Part shown: positions 29,585 to 38,615 of the stretch, in pieces
Position numbering within the stretch: the first letter of the stretch is position 1
Layout of the letters: every line of letters starts with the position of its first letter
Virus record (IMG/VR): IMGVR_UViG_3300009856_000010
Span: 1-64,000 of that record
Direction: 5' to 3' (one strand)
DNA from: a virus
Lineage: Duplodnaviria > Heunggongvirae > Uroviricota > Caudoviricetes
DNA length: 64,000 nucleotides
Notes under the pieces: generated by a model
Seen by the model: the letters and a program-made list of their open reading frames with translations, nothing else
Told to the model about the DNA's origin: nothing
Database searches by the model: none
Made by a program: the position numbers and the translations under genes

Positions 29585-30912
29585 GCTGCAATCCTTTCCC
29601 GCACTTCTTTCCAGAACGAAAGAATATATGCGATTACTTCTACCGTCCACCCGTTGCCTAACATCTTATATATTTGGGTATCGCTCACCACCCATTCATA
29701 CCAGGAAGGGATAGTCTGTAAGCGAGAGCATTCGAGTGGGGTAAGGCGACGGATAACACCTAATAGGCATAGCCAATTATTCTGTTCCCACGCATTGGCC
29801 GACAAAGTCGGTGCTTTATCCTCAAATAACCCACCGGTATTATTTCCACGTGGACGTTGGTAAACAGCATGTGTACCCGAACTCATATCAGCCAATAATG
29901 CAGGACAGATACCATTCTCGTCATAAATTCGGTCTTGTTGATAGGGTTGTATACCACCGCTTTGTTTGCTTGGATTGAGTTGGAGAATAAGATTGTCTTT
30001 TTGTACAGATGTAATTGTGTTCGTTTTCCCATCTGTACGAGGTTCTAATTGCTGGATGTTTTTTCTCTTTTCTTCAACTAATCCTGCCTCATACTCCTTC
30101 CTTATTTCTTTCCCATATTCGGTTCGTTTTGGAGAAAGACAGGCTGATTCTCTACCTCGCATAGCAACAGCAATATAATCTCCGCACCAATTAGTATATG
30201 ATTCACCCATCAATGGCAATGATTTTTCGCCATCAAATTGCGTATATCCTTTCTTTATCCTGAATTCCTTGGATATATACTTCATCATCTTCTCGGTATT
30301 CACATAATACTTCTCATCCACATCCTCCTCCAAAATATCCCGGAGCAACAAACCTCTATCTTTTGGTTGCGGAATATCGGTATATTCACTACTAAAGAAC
30401 CCCTCTTGATTCGTCCGGATATTACTCCAATACAGTCTATCCCTATTCTGCGCACTCACCAGGTTGCTATTGATGCGAACAGGCTTCAATCCACAATACT
30501 GTGTAATGATAGAACGATGCATCTTTTTCATATTCACATTTTCGAGCAGGAACTTGACGTTCGGATTCATGCTCCGGATATGGTTCAGAATATCAATGAA
30601 TACAAAGAACAGGCGACTGCGTGGGTCATCGAACGCCAGCTGCTTGCCGGCGAACGAAAACCCTTGGCAAGGTGATCCAGCCAAGAGCAGGTCAATAGAT
30701 GCCCAATCAATGTCCCATTCTCGCCACCGTTTCACATCGCCCAGTTGGATGGTACCCGGAAAGTTGTGCTGTGTTTGGAGTATGGCAAACTTGTCAATTT
30801 CCGAAGCATAGTACTTCTTTACGGGTACTCCGAGTAGTTTCATGGCGATTTGTCCGCAGGACATACCGTCGAAAAGGGAGAGGAGGGTGATACCGTTATT
30901 CTTTTTACTCAT
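29581..30912 (-). CDS. DNA (cytosine-5)-methyltransferase (443 aa)
   Basis: Motif I LSLFDGMSCG and motif IV GSPCQGFS (the PC motif). Confidence 0.7.
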   Translation of the reverse strand: MSKKNNGITLLSLFDGMSCGQIAMKLLGVPVKKYYASEIDKFAILQTQHNFPGTIQLGDVKRWREWDIDWASIDLLLAGSPCQGFSFAGKQLAFDDPRSRLFFVFIDILNHIRSMNPNVKFLLENVNMKKMHRSIITQYCGLKPVRINSNLVSAQNRDRLYWSNIRTNQEGFFSSEYTDIPQPKDRGLLLRDILEEDVDEKYYVNTEKMMKYISKEFRIKKGYTQFDGEKSLPLMGESYTNWCGDYIAVAMRGRESACLSPKRTEYGKEIRKEYEAGLVEEKRKNIQQLEPRTDGKTNTITSVQKDNLILQLNPSKQSGGIQPYQQDRIYDENGICPALLADMSSGTHAVYQRPRGNNTGGLFEDKAPTLSANAWEQNNWLCLLGVIRRLTPLECSRLQTIPSWYEWVVSDTQIYKMLGNGWTVEVIAYILSFWKEVRERIAA

Positions 30913-30914
30913 CC

Positions 30915-31373
30915 TTACTTCTTCTCCTCTTCCTCCGCTGTCTTATACGGAAACACATCCATAATCGCCGTTTCCGCTATTGATGCAATCTGATAATCAG
31001 CCATGGTACCTTTCATATCTTCGTCCAGCTTCTTCACAGCATCGCGTAAATCGGCAGCTTGTATCAGGACATTTGTTGCTGTCTTTTTCTCTGCACCCGA
31101 CTTTTCGTCCAGTGTGATAAAGAGCAATTTGCTTTTGAACCAACGGTCGGCGGTTTCTTCATCGGAGAAGAATATCTCACTGAAATTTGCGCGTTTGATA
31201 TCGGCAACGGTGAACTCTCCGGTTATAAACGGTTCCAGTTCCTTAATACATTTTCCTTCGGATTCAGTAAAAGACAAAGCATCGAATAAATAAGGTTCAG
31301 TAACCTTTTTGTTCATTCCGTTCTCCATTGTCTTTTCATAACGGATTTTCACTTCAAACCATGTGTGCATCAT
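30915..31373 (-). CDS. hypothetical protein (152 aa)
   Basis: ORF. Confidence 0.3.
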   Translation of the reverse strand: MMHTWFEVKIRYEKTMENGMNKKVTEPYLFDALSFTESEGKCIKELEPFITGEFTVADIKRANFSEIFFSDEETADRWFKSKLLFITLDEKSGAEKKTATNVLIQAADLRDAVKKLDEDMKGTMADYQIASIAETAIMDVFPYKTAEEEEKK

Positions 31374-31400
31374 TTTTTTTACTATTTTATTGATTAATAA

Positions 31401-31637
31401 TTAAAATCTAAACGGGTTATTATTCCCAAACCCACCGAAGAATGATTTCAGAAAATTTTCCTCCTTACACGAAATCACTTCAAGCTTCAGGAACTTATCA
31501 CCATGCTTTCGTTTCAAATATGATTCAAAAGAGGTGGTTGCGTCCAGTTCATTACACTTGTTTTTTACTCGGAATTCCTTGTCAAAAAGGATCCCGCAAG
31601 TAAGGATGATATTGCAAATTATTATGTATGTGTTCAT
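31401..31637 (-). CDS. hypothetical small protein (78 aa)
   Basis: ORF. Confidence 0.2.
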   Translation of the reverse strand: MNTYIIICNIILTCGILFDKEFRVKNKCNELDATTSFESYLKRKHGDKFLKLEVISCKEENFLKSFFGGFGNNNPFRF

Positions 31638-32029
31638 TCCTCGTCTTTTAATAATTTCAATGCCAATTCAGGATTTTGCGCAATGGCAATAGCTTTCAGT
31701 AATGTGTCTCCATCAATTTTTTCAGGCTGATAGGGTTGCGATACCAATGGCAGTTGTTCCGTTTTCATCTCGTCCAATTTATTATTGATAGCTGTAAATT
31801 GCTGATAGAAACGAGTTTCGGATTCCTGTCTAGCAACTTGAACTATGTGTTTCTCTATTTGCTCAAAAGGAATGGGAATTGCCATTACTGCGGCATTTTT
31901 TTGTTCCGAAACAAGCACTATATTAGATACTAGTCCGTCATTAACCATATATAGTCCCGAAGAAGGATAGGAAGATGTTTCCCATATATTTTTACCCTTT
32001 AAATCATATTCGCTTATCTCTATTATCAT
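31634..32029 (-). CDS. hypothetical protein (131 aa)
   Basis: ORF. Confidence 0.3.
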   Translation of the reverse strand: MIIEISEYDLKGKNIWETSSYPSSGLYMVNDGLVSNIVLVSEQKNAAVMAIPIPFEQIEKHIVQVARQESETRFYQQFTAINNKLDEMKTEQLPLVSQPYQPEKIDGDTLLKAIAIAQNPELALKLLKDEE

Positions 32030-32111
32030 AATTGATTTAAAATTTAATTAAACATAATTGCTGTAGCATTCCAAAACGCTTTAAAACGCTATTAAACATA
32101 AGGTTGATTAT

Positions 32112-32597
32112 CTACAATTTTTTGATTGTTCCTTGCTTCAATGCCGAGATGAAATTTGTTAATGACATTTTTCCACTTTTAGTTGGTTTCAGCATCATTC
32201 CGAAGCGTTCAATTTCTTCTTTTATATATTGCTTCTGCGCATCAGACGCAGCATAACAAACATATCCCTGTTCTGTATTTATCTTTGTAATTTTTGCCGA
32301 TATTTCTTTTCGGGATCCATACCAAAGCATTCCAACATATACATTCTTCTCATAGAAATCTTTTGCCTCTAAATACTCTTTGTTTCGCTCTTCCTCATAT
32401 TCCTTTTTCTTTTGTTCTCTTTTTTCTCCTTCGTAAAGTGTATACATTGGAATTGTAGCAAGAAGTTGCAACGCACCTAAGTTATTTCCACCAACAGGAA
32501 AAGGATATGTCCAACCGTTGAACGTAAGAGGGAAAGGTGGTTGCCCACCTTTCTTTGAGGTTTCAAATTCGTGTATTTTGTAGACTTCCATTGTCAA
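32112..32597 (-). CDS. hypothetical protein (161 aa)
   Basis: ORF. Confidence 0.3.
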   Translation of the reverse strand: MTMEVYKIHEFETSKKGGQPPFPLTFNGWTYPFPVGGNNLGALQLLATIPMYTLYEGEKREQKKKEYEEERNKEYLEAKDFYEKNVYVGMLWYGSRKEISAKITKINTEQGYVCYAASDAQKQYIKEEIERFGMMLKPTKSGKMSLTNFISALKQGTIKKL

Positions 32598-32617
32598 AGG
32601 AATAAAGGGTTAAAGAA

Positions 32618-32721
32618 CTATAGAAAAGCGCAAATAGGACGAACCTGGCTGTAGTTGCTCTTATAGTTGCTGCTCGTATCACCATCGTACCAATTGAGCA
32701 ACCAAGAGGACGACGCTGATT
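32618..32721 (-). repeat. DGR variable repeat VR1
   Basis: Aligned to TR 34630-34733; 7/7 substitutions in the core fall at TR adenines (coding strand). Confidence 0.75.
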
Positions 32722-33394
32722 GTTCCGTAGAAGTTTCGTGCCAGCCATAGAACAGCGGGTCACCCCCGCAAATAGTGAGGGCTGCATCTATCATATTCTT
32801 ATGCTTTTGAAGGAATATCTTTTCGCCCAAAGCAGAAAGGTACCATGTACCTGCCGGTATATTTCCACAAGAATACTCATCGCAATACTTAGCGGCCGGG
32901 CTTCCTGCTGCAACCAACTGGGCAGTATTGGCCTTACCGTTCCAATCCTCTTTTGCCTGGTCGAAATCTTCGTACTGATTGGATGTTGCTATTTCCCGTG
33001 ACGGTAAGTATTGAAGTTCTTCAGGAGAAGATTTCAAAGCAATTCCATACTTTCTATCGCCTTCTACCACAGCAATACATACGGGCGTTTGGTCTTGATA
33101 GTTTAACCATTCTCCCGGACGAATGCAGTTGTTCTCCATGGTCAGGATATAAACACCGTCGGCGCAACCGGCAGGGAAAGTAGAGGGAATAAACGCTTTT
33201 AAATCAGATTCGCATACCCAACCTATATCTTTAGGTTCAAGGCATATATAATAAAGTCCTTCCATTTCATAAGAATCACCTTCTTGTTCGGCAGGCTTAA
33301 ATGCTTTTTTTATCTCTACTACTCTTCCAATCAACTCCCTGTTAGGATGATCTGCGATAATAGCCTTATCGCCTGCTTTAAATTTCAATTCCAT
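32618..33394 (-). CDS. DGR target protein 1 (258 aa), DUF1566/C-type-lectin-like variable C-terminus
   Basis: C-terminus ...SASSSWLLNWYDGDTSSNYKSNYSQVRPICAFL aligns to the TR-encoded peptide; WYLSALGE motif is typical of DUF1566. Confidence 0.7.
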   Translation of the reverse strand: MELKFKAGDKAIIADHPNRELIGRVVEIKKAFKPAEQEGDSYEMEGLYYICLEPKDIGWVCESDLKAFIPSTFPAGCADGVYILTMENNCIRPGEWLNYQDQTPVCIAVVEGDRKYGIALKSSPEELQYLPSREIATSNQYEDFDQAKEDWNGKANTAQLVAAGSPAAKYCDEYSCGNIPAGTWYLSALGEKIFLQKHKNMIDAALTICGGDPLFYGWHETSTEQSASSSWLLNWYDGDTSSNYKSNYSQVRPICAFL

Positions 33395-34863
33395 ACATTT
33401 ATTCCTTTTAAAAGTTTCTTTTTCAATATTCTGTTTTTCTTATACTTATTCTTTACGCTGATTTTCTCGAAATGTCCACTGATGTAACACACCTTCCACC
33501 AGAGCGGAGAAATGCGGCGGGCGGCCTTGCGACGGATGCCATACGTAGAAAAGTGCGACATCATCCCGAAATATGAATTCATGCAAGAGGCAAAGTATTC
33601 GGCCTGCTCGTACACATATCCTTTGTCTGCGGCAGCCAACTGGTTTAGTTCGTCAATGCGGGCATAGAAACTGTTGCGACTGCGGTTGGCCACATACGTT
33701 CTGCCGGGCTTTACCACAGCGCCGATATATTTTACACCCTTTGATACGTGTTGAAGATAAATTTTGTCCGGGTGCAATGTCAATCCCAATGTGTGCAGAT
33801 AGTTGCGAATATCTGCAACGGCCTGTTTCAAGGCTTCGCGGTTGGTACTGATGATATAGAAATCATCTACATATCGACCGTAGAACGTGAAACGGTATTT
33901 CATCAGATGATCGAACGCATTGAGGAAGAAATTGGCACTCACCTGCGAAGTCAGGTTCCCGATTGGAATGCCGTGTCCTGCCGGAGAAGTGAACAGGCTT
34001 TTCCCTACCGGGAGCTCGGCCCATGCATCGGGGTGCGACTTACGGATACAATTCCGTTCGGGTTCGTTTAGAATGGTTTCCCGCATCAGGTAGATAAGGG
34101 TGTCTCTATCCGCGCCCGTATATCGCTCGGTGATAAACGAAGCGAGCATATCGCACAACTGACTGCGGGGGATACTCATAAAGAAACTGCGGATGTCGAG
34201 TTTCAAGGCCCAGCAATCTTTTGTATAATTGGCGGAGCATTGGCGGATATGATCTTCCAACGTCCGGATACCGAAATGTGTACCCTTACCTTTGCGACAG
34301 TTGCTTGTTTCGTCAATAAACAGTTCTTCGAGCAACGGGTTGATGCGGTTGATAAGCAGATGATGTATAATGCGGTCTCGGAACGATGCAGCGAATATTT
34401 CGCGCTTCACCGGTCGGGTGATAATAAACGTAATGCTGCGCTGCGGGTGGTAGGTACGGTTGTTTATTTCCTCACACAGTTCCACGCAGTTGGCTTCGTA
34501 GTTTACCTCGAACGCCATAGCACTGACTGTGTTACGTTTATTCTTCCGGCAATCCAGATACGCCGCAATCACATCTTCCAACCGAATGGGAGAAGCAAAC
34601 AGATAATCAGGACACGTTTCTACGGTTTCCTGTAGTGAAGCGCAAATAGGACGAACCTGGTTGTTGTTGTTCTTATTGTTGTTGTTCGTATCACCATCGT
34701 TCCAATTGAGCAACCAAGAGGACGACGCTGATTCTGTTGCCGATTTCTTAGTCTTAACTCCCCCATCGCAGGAAGTAGGCAACCCTTTTCTATCAGAAAA
34801 CAGGCTCTCTTCACAACCCCGTGAGGTTATGAACGCTGGCTCTTTAGTGTTGAATTTTTCCAT
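33385..34863 (-). CDS. DGR reverse transcriptase (ORF as drawn 492 aa; true start uncertain, RT domain begins after the TR)
   Basis: Motifs PIGNLTSQ (DGR-specific) and FYGRYVDDFYII (YxDD). The ORF reads in-frame through the TR (encoding ...WLLNWNDGDTNNNNKNNNNQVRPICASL) with no ATG between the TR and the RT domain. Confidence 0.75.
   Translation of the reverse strand: MEKFNTKEPAFITSRGCEESLFSDRKGLPTSCDGGVKTKKSATESASSSWLLNWNDGDTNNNNKNNNNQVRPICASLQETVETCPDYLFASPIRLEDVIAAYLDCRKNKRNTVSAMAFEVNYEANCVELCEEINNRTYHPQRSITFIITRPVKREIFAASFRDRIIHHLLINRINPLLEELFIDETSNCRKGKGTHFGIRTLEDHIRQCSANYTKDCWALKLDIRSFFMSIPRSQLCDMLASFITERYTGADRDTLIYLMRETILNEPERNCIRKSHPDAWAELPVGKSLFTSPAGHGIPIGNLTSQVSANFFLNAFDHLMKYRFTFYGRYVDDFYIISTNREALKQAVADIRNYLHTLGLTLHPDKIYLQHVSKGVKYIGAVVKPGRTYVANRSRNSFYARIDELNQLAAADKGYVYEQAEYFASCMNSYFGMMSHFSTYGIRRKAARRISPLWWKVCYISGHFEKISVKNKYKKNRILKKKLLKGINVWN
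34630..34733 (-). repeat. DGR template repeat (TR), adenine-rich AAC-codon tract
   Basis: Plus strand reads CTGGTTGTTGTTGTTCTTATTGTTGTTGTTCG, i.e. an (AAC)n Asn-codon tract on the coding strand; invariant in itself, variable in VR1 and VR2. Confidence 0.75.
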
Positions 34864-35183
34864 CCTGATATCTGTTTGCCTATTTTAGTTGTCAGCTCGG
34901 CCAATTCGGCAGCCTGACTGATTGTTATAATTTTCTTGTCCGTACACAGCCGGATAAGTGTTTTCAGTAACTCAAACTTTACCTGAAACCCTTCGAGGTA
35001 CATTGCTCTATTTGCCACATAAGTGTTAGCCAGATGAATGTATTCGAATAAATCCAGCGATACGGTTTCTATCTTCTGCCCGAAAGTATGTTTACGCGAA
35101 CGTGGGAACTGCATGGTGAGGTCTGTTATCAGACTCACCAATCTGTATGTTTCGCGATATACAGGCAGTTCCGACGTTGACAT
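34827..35183 (-). CDS. avd: accessory variability determinant Avd (118 aa)
   Basis: Four-helix-bundle family pattern LPVYRETYRL...FPRSRKHTFGQKIETVSLDLFEYIHLAN; located between target and TR as in canonical DGRs. Confidence 0.65.
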   Translation of the reverse strand: MSTSELPVYRETYRLVSLITDLTMQFPRSRKHTFGQKIETVSLDLFEYIHLANTYVANRAMYLEGFQVKFELLKTLIRLCTDKKIITISQAAELAELTTKIGKQISGWKNSTLKSQRS

Positions 35184-35213
35184 GGTTGGGTGAAGAATTA
35201 AAGCGTTAAAGGA

Positions 35214-35316
35214 TTATAGAAAAGCGCAAATAGGACGAACCTGGAAGTAGTAGAACTCATTGGTGCAGAACGTATCACCATCGTAACAACTGAGCAACCA
35301 AGAGGACGACGCTGAG
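35214..35316 (-). repeat. DGR variable repeat VR2
   Basis: Aligned to the TR; 14/15 substitutions fall at TR adenines. Confidence 0.75.
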
Positions 35317-36149
35317 TATTCCGTAGAAGACCAGATACCTCGCCAGTCCAGTGGCTTCCCTCCGCAAATGGTAAGGGATGCATCTATCATGTCCTTGTGC
35401 TTTTGCATGAATACGAGTTCGCCAAGGGATGGCAGGTACCAGTGCATACATGGCATACCCGGAGTGCTATATTTAGCACAGAACTGTGCTGCGGGAGATT
35501 TGTCTTCTAACAGATATTTGAAATGAGTAATGCCCGCAAAATCTATCTTAGCTTCAAATTGACTGGAAAATGCTTTGCTTAACACTTTGTTGGTATTATC
35601 ACTAAATTTCATAGATTCTTCGGAACCGGTCAGGGCAATAATTCGTTTCGTGTCGCCTTCGATGACGGCGATACCGACAGGTGTTAGTTTCTTATGACTG
35701 AACCATGCATCGGGGCGTATACATCTTTTGTTGGATGTTAGGATGTAAACCCCGTCGGGGGCTTCTTTATAATGAAAATTGGATTTTAGTTCGTCCAAAC
35801 TCTTGTTTATGTCTTTGAAAATTCCGGAGTAAAACAATCCAGACCATAATGAGTCTAAATCATCCGTTCCAACTATCTCAAGCGAATACTTTGGTTTCGA
35901 CAAATCAAATGAAATTTGAAAACCTTCTTTATTCCGTTCTGGAGTAATAATATACCCTTTCTCTTCAAGTAGCTGTCGCACAGAAGGTGCGAGTGTATCT
36001 ACATGAAAATATTCATGGTCTTCTTTTATAGCATCTGCTACGAACGTTGGAAGTTCTTTTAATAGATGTTCGCTTCGGTTGTTGAGAAGCATATTATAAG
36101 CTTCTCTTGCTGTAATTAGTTTCATGTTTAATCTTATTTTATAATTCAT
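35214..36149 (-). CDS. DGR target protein 2 (311 aa), DUF1566/C-type-lectin-like
   Basis: C-terminus ...SASSSWLLSCYDGDTFCTNEFYYFQVRPICAFL; HWYLPSLGELVFM motif; paralogous to target 1 over the C-terminal ~150 aa. Confidence 0.7.
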   Translation of the reverse strand: MNYKIRLNMKLITAREAYNMLLNNRSEHLLKELPTFVADAIKEDHEYFHVDTLAPSVRQLLEEKGYIITPERNKEGFQISFDLSKPKYSLEIVGTDDLDSLWSGLFYSGIFKDINKSLDELKSNFHYKEAPDGVYILTSNKRCIRPDAWFSHKKLTPVGIAVIEGDTKRIIALTGSEESMKFSDNTNKVLSKAFSSQFEAKIDFAGITHFKYLLEDKSPAAQFCAKYSTPGMPCMHWYLPSLGELVFMQKHKDMIDASLTICGGKPLDWRGIWSSTEYSASSSWLLSCYDGDTFCTNEFYYFQVRPICAFL

Positions 36150-36150
36150 T

Positions 36151-36474
36151 TTATTTATATCCCTTTTTAATCCGCCTCTCTATCTCCTTAACCTTTTCAA
36201 GTTCTCCTCTTCCCATATAGTACGCAATTTCAACCAATGCAAATACCGACAGAATAGGAACCCAATGGGGAGATTCACAACCTCTTACTTCTTCCGTTCG
36301 GAAACTCTCTGTTTCTACAGCCCTATGTAGATTGGTTAATACGGGATCCATCAAAGGTTCATCTGCTTTGTTCAGCCAATGCTTTTCCCAAAGTTCGGGA
36401 GGTAACATTTTTTTTATGTTGGATACATAATTATCTTCCGGTTGGCCAACTACCCAAGTGGATTTTTTATTCAT
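36151..36474 (-). CDS. hypothetical protein (107 aa)
   Basis: ORF. Confidence 0.3.
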   Translation of the reverse strand: MNKKSTWVVGQPEDNYVSNIKKMLPPELWEKHWLNKADEPLMDPVLTNLHRAVETESFRTEEVRGCESPHWVPILSVFALVEIAYYMGRGELEKVKEIERRIKKGYK

Positions 36475-37220
36475 TCTTTTACCAATTTATAATCATACAC
36501 CCACATCCACGGATTACTATCCCATGTACCTTTGCCATTGATTTTATCAAAGAGTGCCGCGTATGCTTTTTGCGGTGTTTCTTTAAGCGAAAAATACGAA
36601 CTGTATGCCAACTGCGGGGTTTCGCTAAGCGATAAACGTAAACTGTTAGACATCACTAAGCCCCATAACGATAAATCAGATTTAGAACCGTCTGGCATAT
36701 TTGCTCCCAAACACGTGACACCTTGGCTAATACCTTCCTTTATGCAATCTTCTTCAGATATATCCTGCAACCGTTCCGGACGAACACCCGTTATCTCAAT
36801 GAAGAACCGGGCAGCCTTGGCTGGCATAAAGAGTTTGTTAGACCAATGCTTAAAATCTTCGGGAAGAAACTGCAAAGACTGACCAATAATGCCACCAACC
36901 TGAAACCGGTACAGATACTGTGGAACTCCGTCTTTATCACCCAAATAGTAATAAGGTTCTTTGAGGTATATCCTCTCTCCTACCCTGTATTTGGGTTTGA
37001 ACTCTTTATGTGTTCCCGTCTCTGCCGACGTACCCCAAAAGCCTTGCATGTCGCTATCGACAGACATGGGGAAACGAGTGTGGTCGTGCAATCCGTCTGC
37101 GTCCGGCTGCTCGGACATAGTGCGACGGGTTTGATTTTTTATCTCTTCTATGTTGAGATGAAAAAGGGGTGGGATAAAACAGATGCCTTTCATACTTAAT
37201 TCTGTATCACAATTATACAA
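36471..37220 (-). CDS. hypothetical protein (249 aa)
   Basis: ORF overlapping the methyltransferase gene start; no firm motif. Confidence 0.3.
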   Translation of the reverse strand: MYNCDTELSMKGICFIPPLFHLNIEEIKNQTRRTMSEQPDADGLHDHTRFPMSVDSDMQGFWGTSAETGTHKEFKPKYRVGERIYLKEPYYYLGDKDGVPQYLYRFQVGGIIGQSLQFLPEDFKHWSNKLFMPAKAARFFIEITGVRPERLQDISEEDCIKEGISQGVTCLGANMPDGSKSDLSLWGLVMSNSLRLSLSETPQLAYSSYFSLKETPQKAYAALFDKINGKGTWDSNPWMWVYDYKLVKE

Positions 37221-37927
37221 GTCTCCACCATTGTTCCAGATTCCTTAAACTCTCCGCGGTCCACATCATACACATCGGCTTCTACTTTCTCAATCCATTC
37301 GCAGAACAGGCGTTCTTTCTTGCCCTCGGCAAACTGCCAGTGTTTGGATGCAATAGTCACAAGCCTTCCACCGGGTTTAAGGCACTCAAACATTTTACGG
37401 ATATGGTCTATATCCTGATTCTTTGCAAAAGGCGGATTGGCAACGATTACATCAAAAAAAGTGTTACACTCTGCAAGGAAGTCGGATCCCAATAGTTTGA
37501 AATGGTCTATTTTTGCAAGGAAAGATTGGTTGATATCCATTATCTCGTATCCAAATACATCCATTGCGGGAAACTCACGGTGAATGGCGTTCACTATTGC
37601 GCCACGTCCCGCACTGGGTTCCAGCACAATATCTTTGTTTTTAATCTCGGACAGCTCTACCAAATAGTCGGCCAAACTGTCGGGTGTGGCAAAGAATTGG
37701 TACTCTTTCTTCAGGTTTCGGTCTTCGGATGCGGTTATTTGTGCCAGCAAATCAGTAGGATCAGTAGGGAAAACAAAACCTTGTGTATTACCACCTTTCC
37801 ATTTTCCGCCGATAAATTCGAGTTGCTTTTTTATTTCGAGGTATTGTTTACGGTCTAATTGCACGGTGGGCAACTGAATGATGTTGCCGGATATGGTGCA
37901 TTGTTTTAGGATTTCGGTTGTTGTCAT
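37196..37927 (-). CDS. DNA methyltransferase, amino-methyltransferase type (N6A or N4C), 243 aa
   Basis: Motif I LEPSAGRGAI and motif IV VIVANPPF. Confidence 0.6.
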   Translation of the reverse strand: MTTTEILKQCTISGNIIQLPTVQLDRKQYLEIKKQLEFIGGKWKGGNTQGFVFPTDPTDLLAQITASEDRNLKKEYQFFATPDSLADYLVELSEIKNKDIVLEPSAGRGAIVNAIHREFPAMDVFGYEIMDINQSFLAKIDHFKLLGSDFLAECNTFFDVIVANPPFAKNQDIDHIRKMFECLKPGGRLVTIASKHWQFAEGKKERLFCEWIEKVEADVYDVDRGEFKESGTMVETCIIVIQN

Positions 37928-37940
37928 ATCATTTATATTA

Positions 37941-38138
37941 TTATAATTGTTCGTTCAGATTCAACCTATCTTTCAAGTCAGATATCATTGCATCAATAAT
38001 TTCCTTATGCCTAAAAGCCTTAATCTGATCTTCTGCATCGTAAGCTAAAGGTTCACTCATTGTATATCCACATTTTTTAGCTTCCAGTTCCCACTTCGCA
38101 ATAAAATCAAAGATTAATTCACTATCAACAGGTTTCAT
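37941..38138 (-). CDS. hypothetical small protein (65 aa)
   Basis: ORF. Confidence 0.25.
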   Translation of the reverse strand: MKPVDSELIFDFIAKWELEAKKCGYTMSEPLAYDAEDQIKAFRHKEIIDAMISDLKDRLNLNEQL

Positions 38139-38329
38139 CCTTCCACATCCTCATACACAAAAAGGACCCTATCGCAGTTATAGAGCCGATGTATCTCTTT
38201 TCGGATGATTTCAGGATCATCCGTTATATAGTTTTCTTTGATAGAAGCCGAATCTCCAGTCTCATACTTGATGTCAATCCTAGTAATCATATATTTCATT
38301 TCTTCATCGGATATAATTCATACATATTA

Positions 38330-38440
38330 TTACATCAAAAAAACATATTATGTATCTTTCTACACGCATAATATCTATTCCGCATACAAAAATACCACTA
38401 AAACATCCATTAAATGATATATTATATATGCTAAAAAACA
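38330..38440. promoter_or_regulatory. AT-rich intergenic region with iterated AAAAACATATTATG motifs
   Basis: Three near-copies read directly (aaaaacatattatgtatc, aaaaacatattatgccg, aaaaacattatttaac) plus an inverted cataatat. Confidence 0.3.
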
Positions 38441-38494
38441 TATTATGCCGTTTTAAAAACATTATTTAACTTTATAAATACAGATTATGTATGA

Positions 38495-38607
38495 AACCTC
38501 ACGGTGCGACACCAAAAAATGGCACGGTGCGAGACTTTCATCCCTCACCGTGCCGTTTCCTTTTATCTCACGGTGCGGTTTTTCGATACCGCACCGTGCC
38601 ATTTTTC
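38495..38607. repeat. nested-palindrome intergenic element, copy 3 (5 units)
   Basis: Read directly; ends GATACCGCACCGTGCCATTTTTC. Confidence 0.6.
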
Positions 38608-38615
38608 AGAAGTAG

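Larger units (their letters stand above)
32618..36149 (-). mobile_element. diversity-generating retroelement (DGR) cassette: target2(VR2)-avd-TR-RT-target1(VR1)
   Basis: An RT with the DGR hallmarks PIGNLTSQ and YVDD; an Avd-like four-helix-bundle ORF; a ~104-bp template repeat matching the 3' ends of two paralogous genes, with differences confined to template adenines. Confidence 0.8.

Noticed and set aside
32563-35383. ORFs 32563-32787, 34620-34814 and 35198-35383 encoding similar ...NQRRPLGCSIGTMVIR... peptides.
   Set aside because: They are alternate-frame readings of the DGR VR1/TR/VR2 repeats, nested inside better-supported genes.
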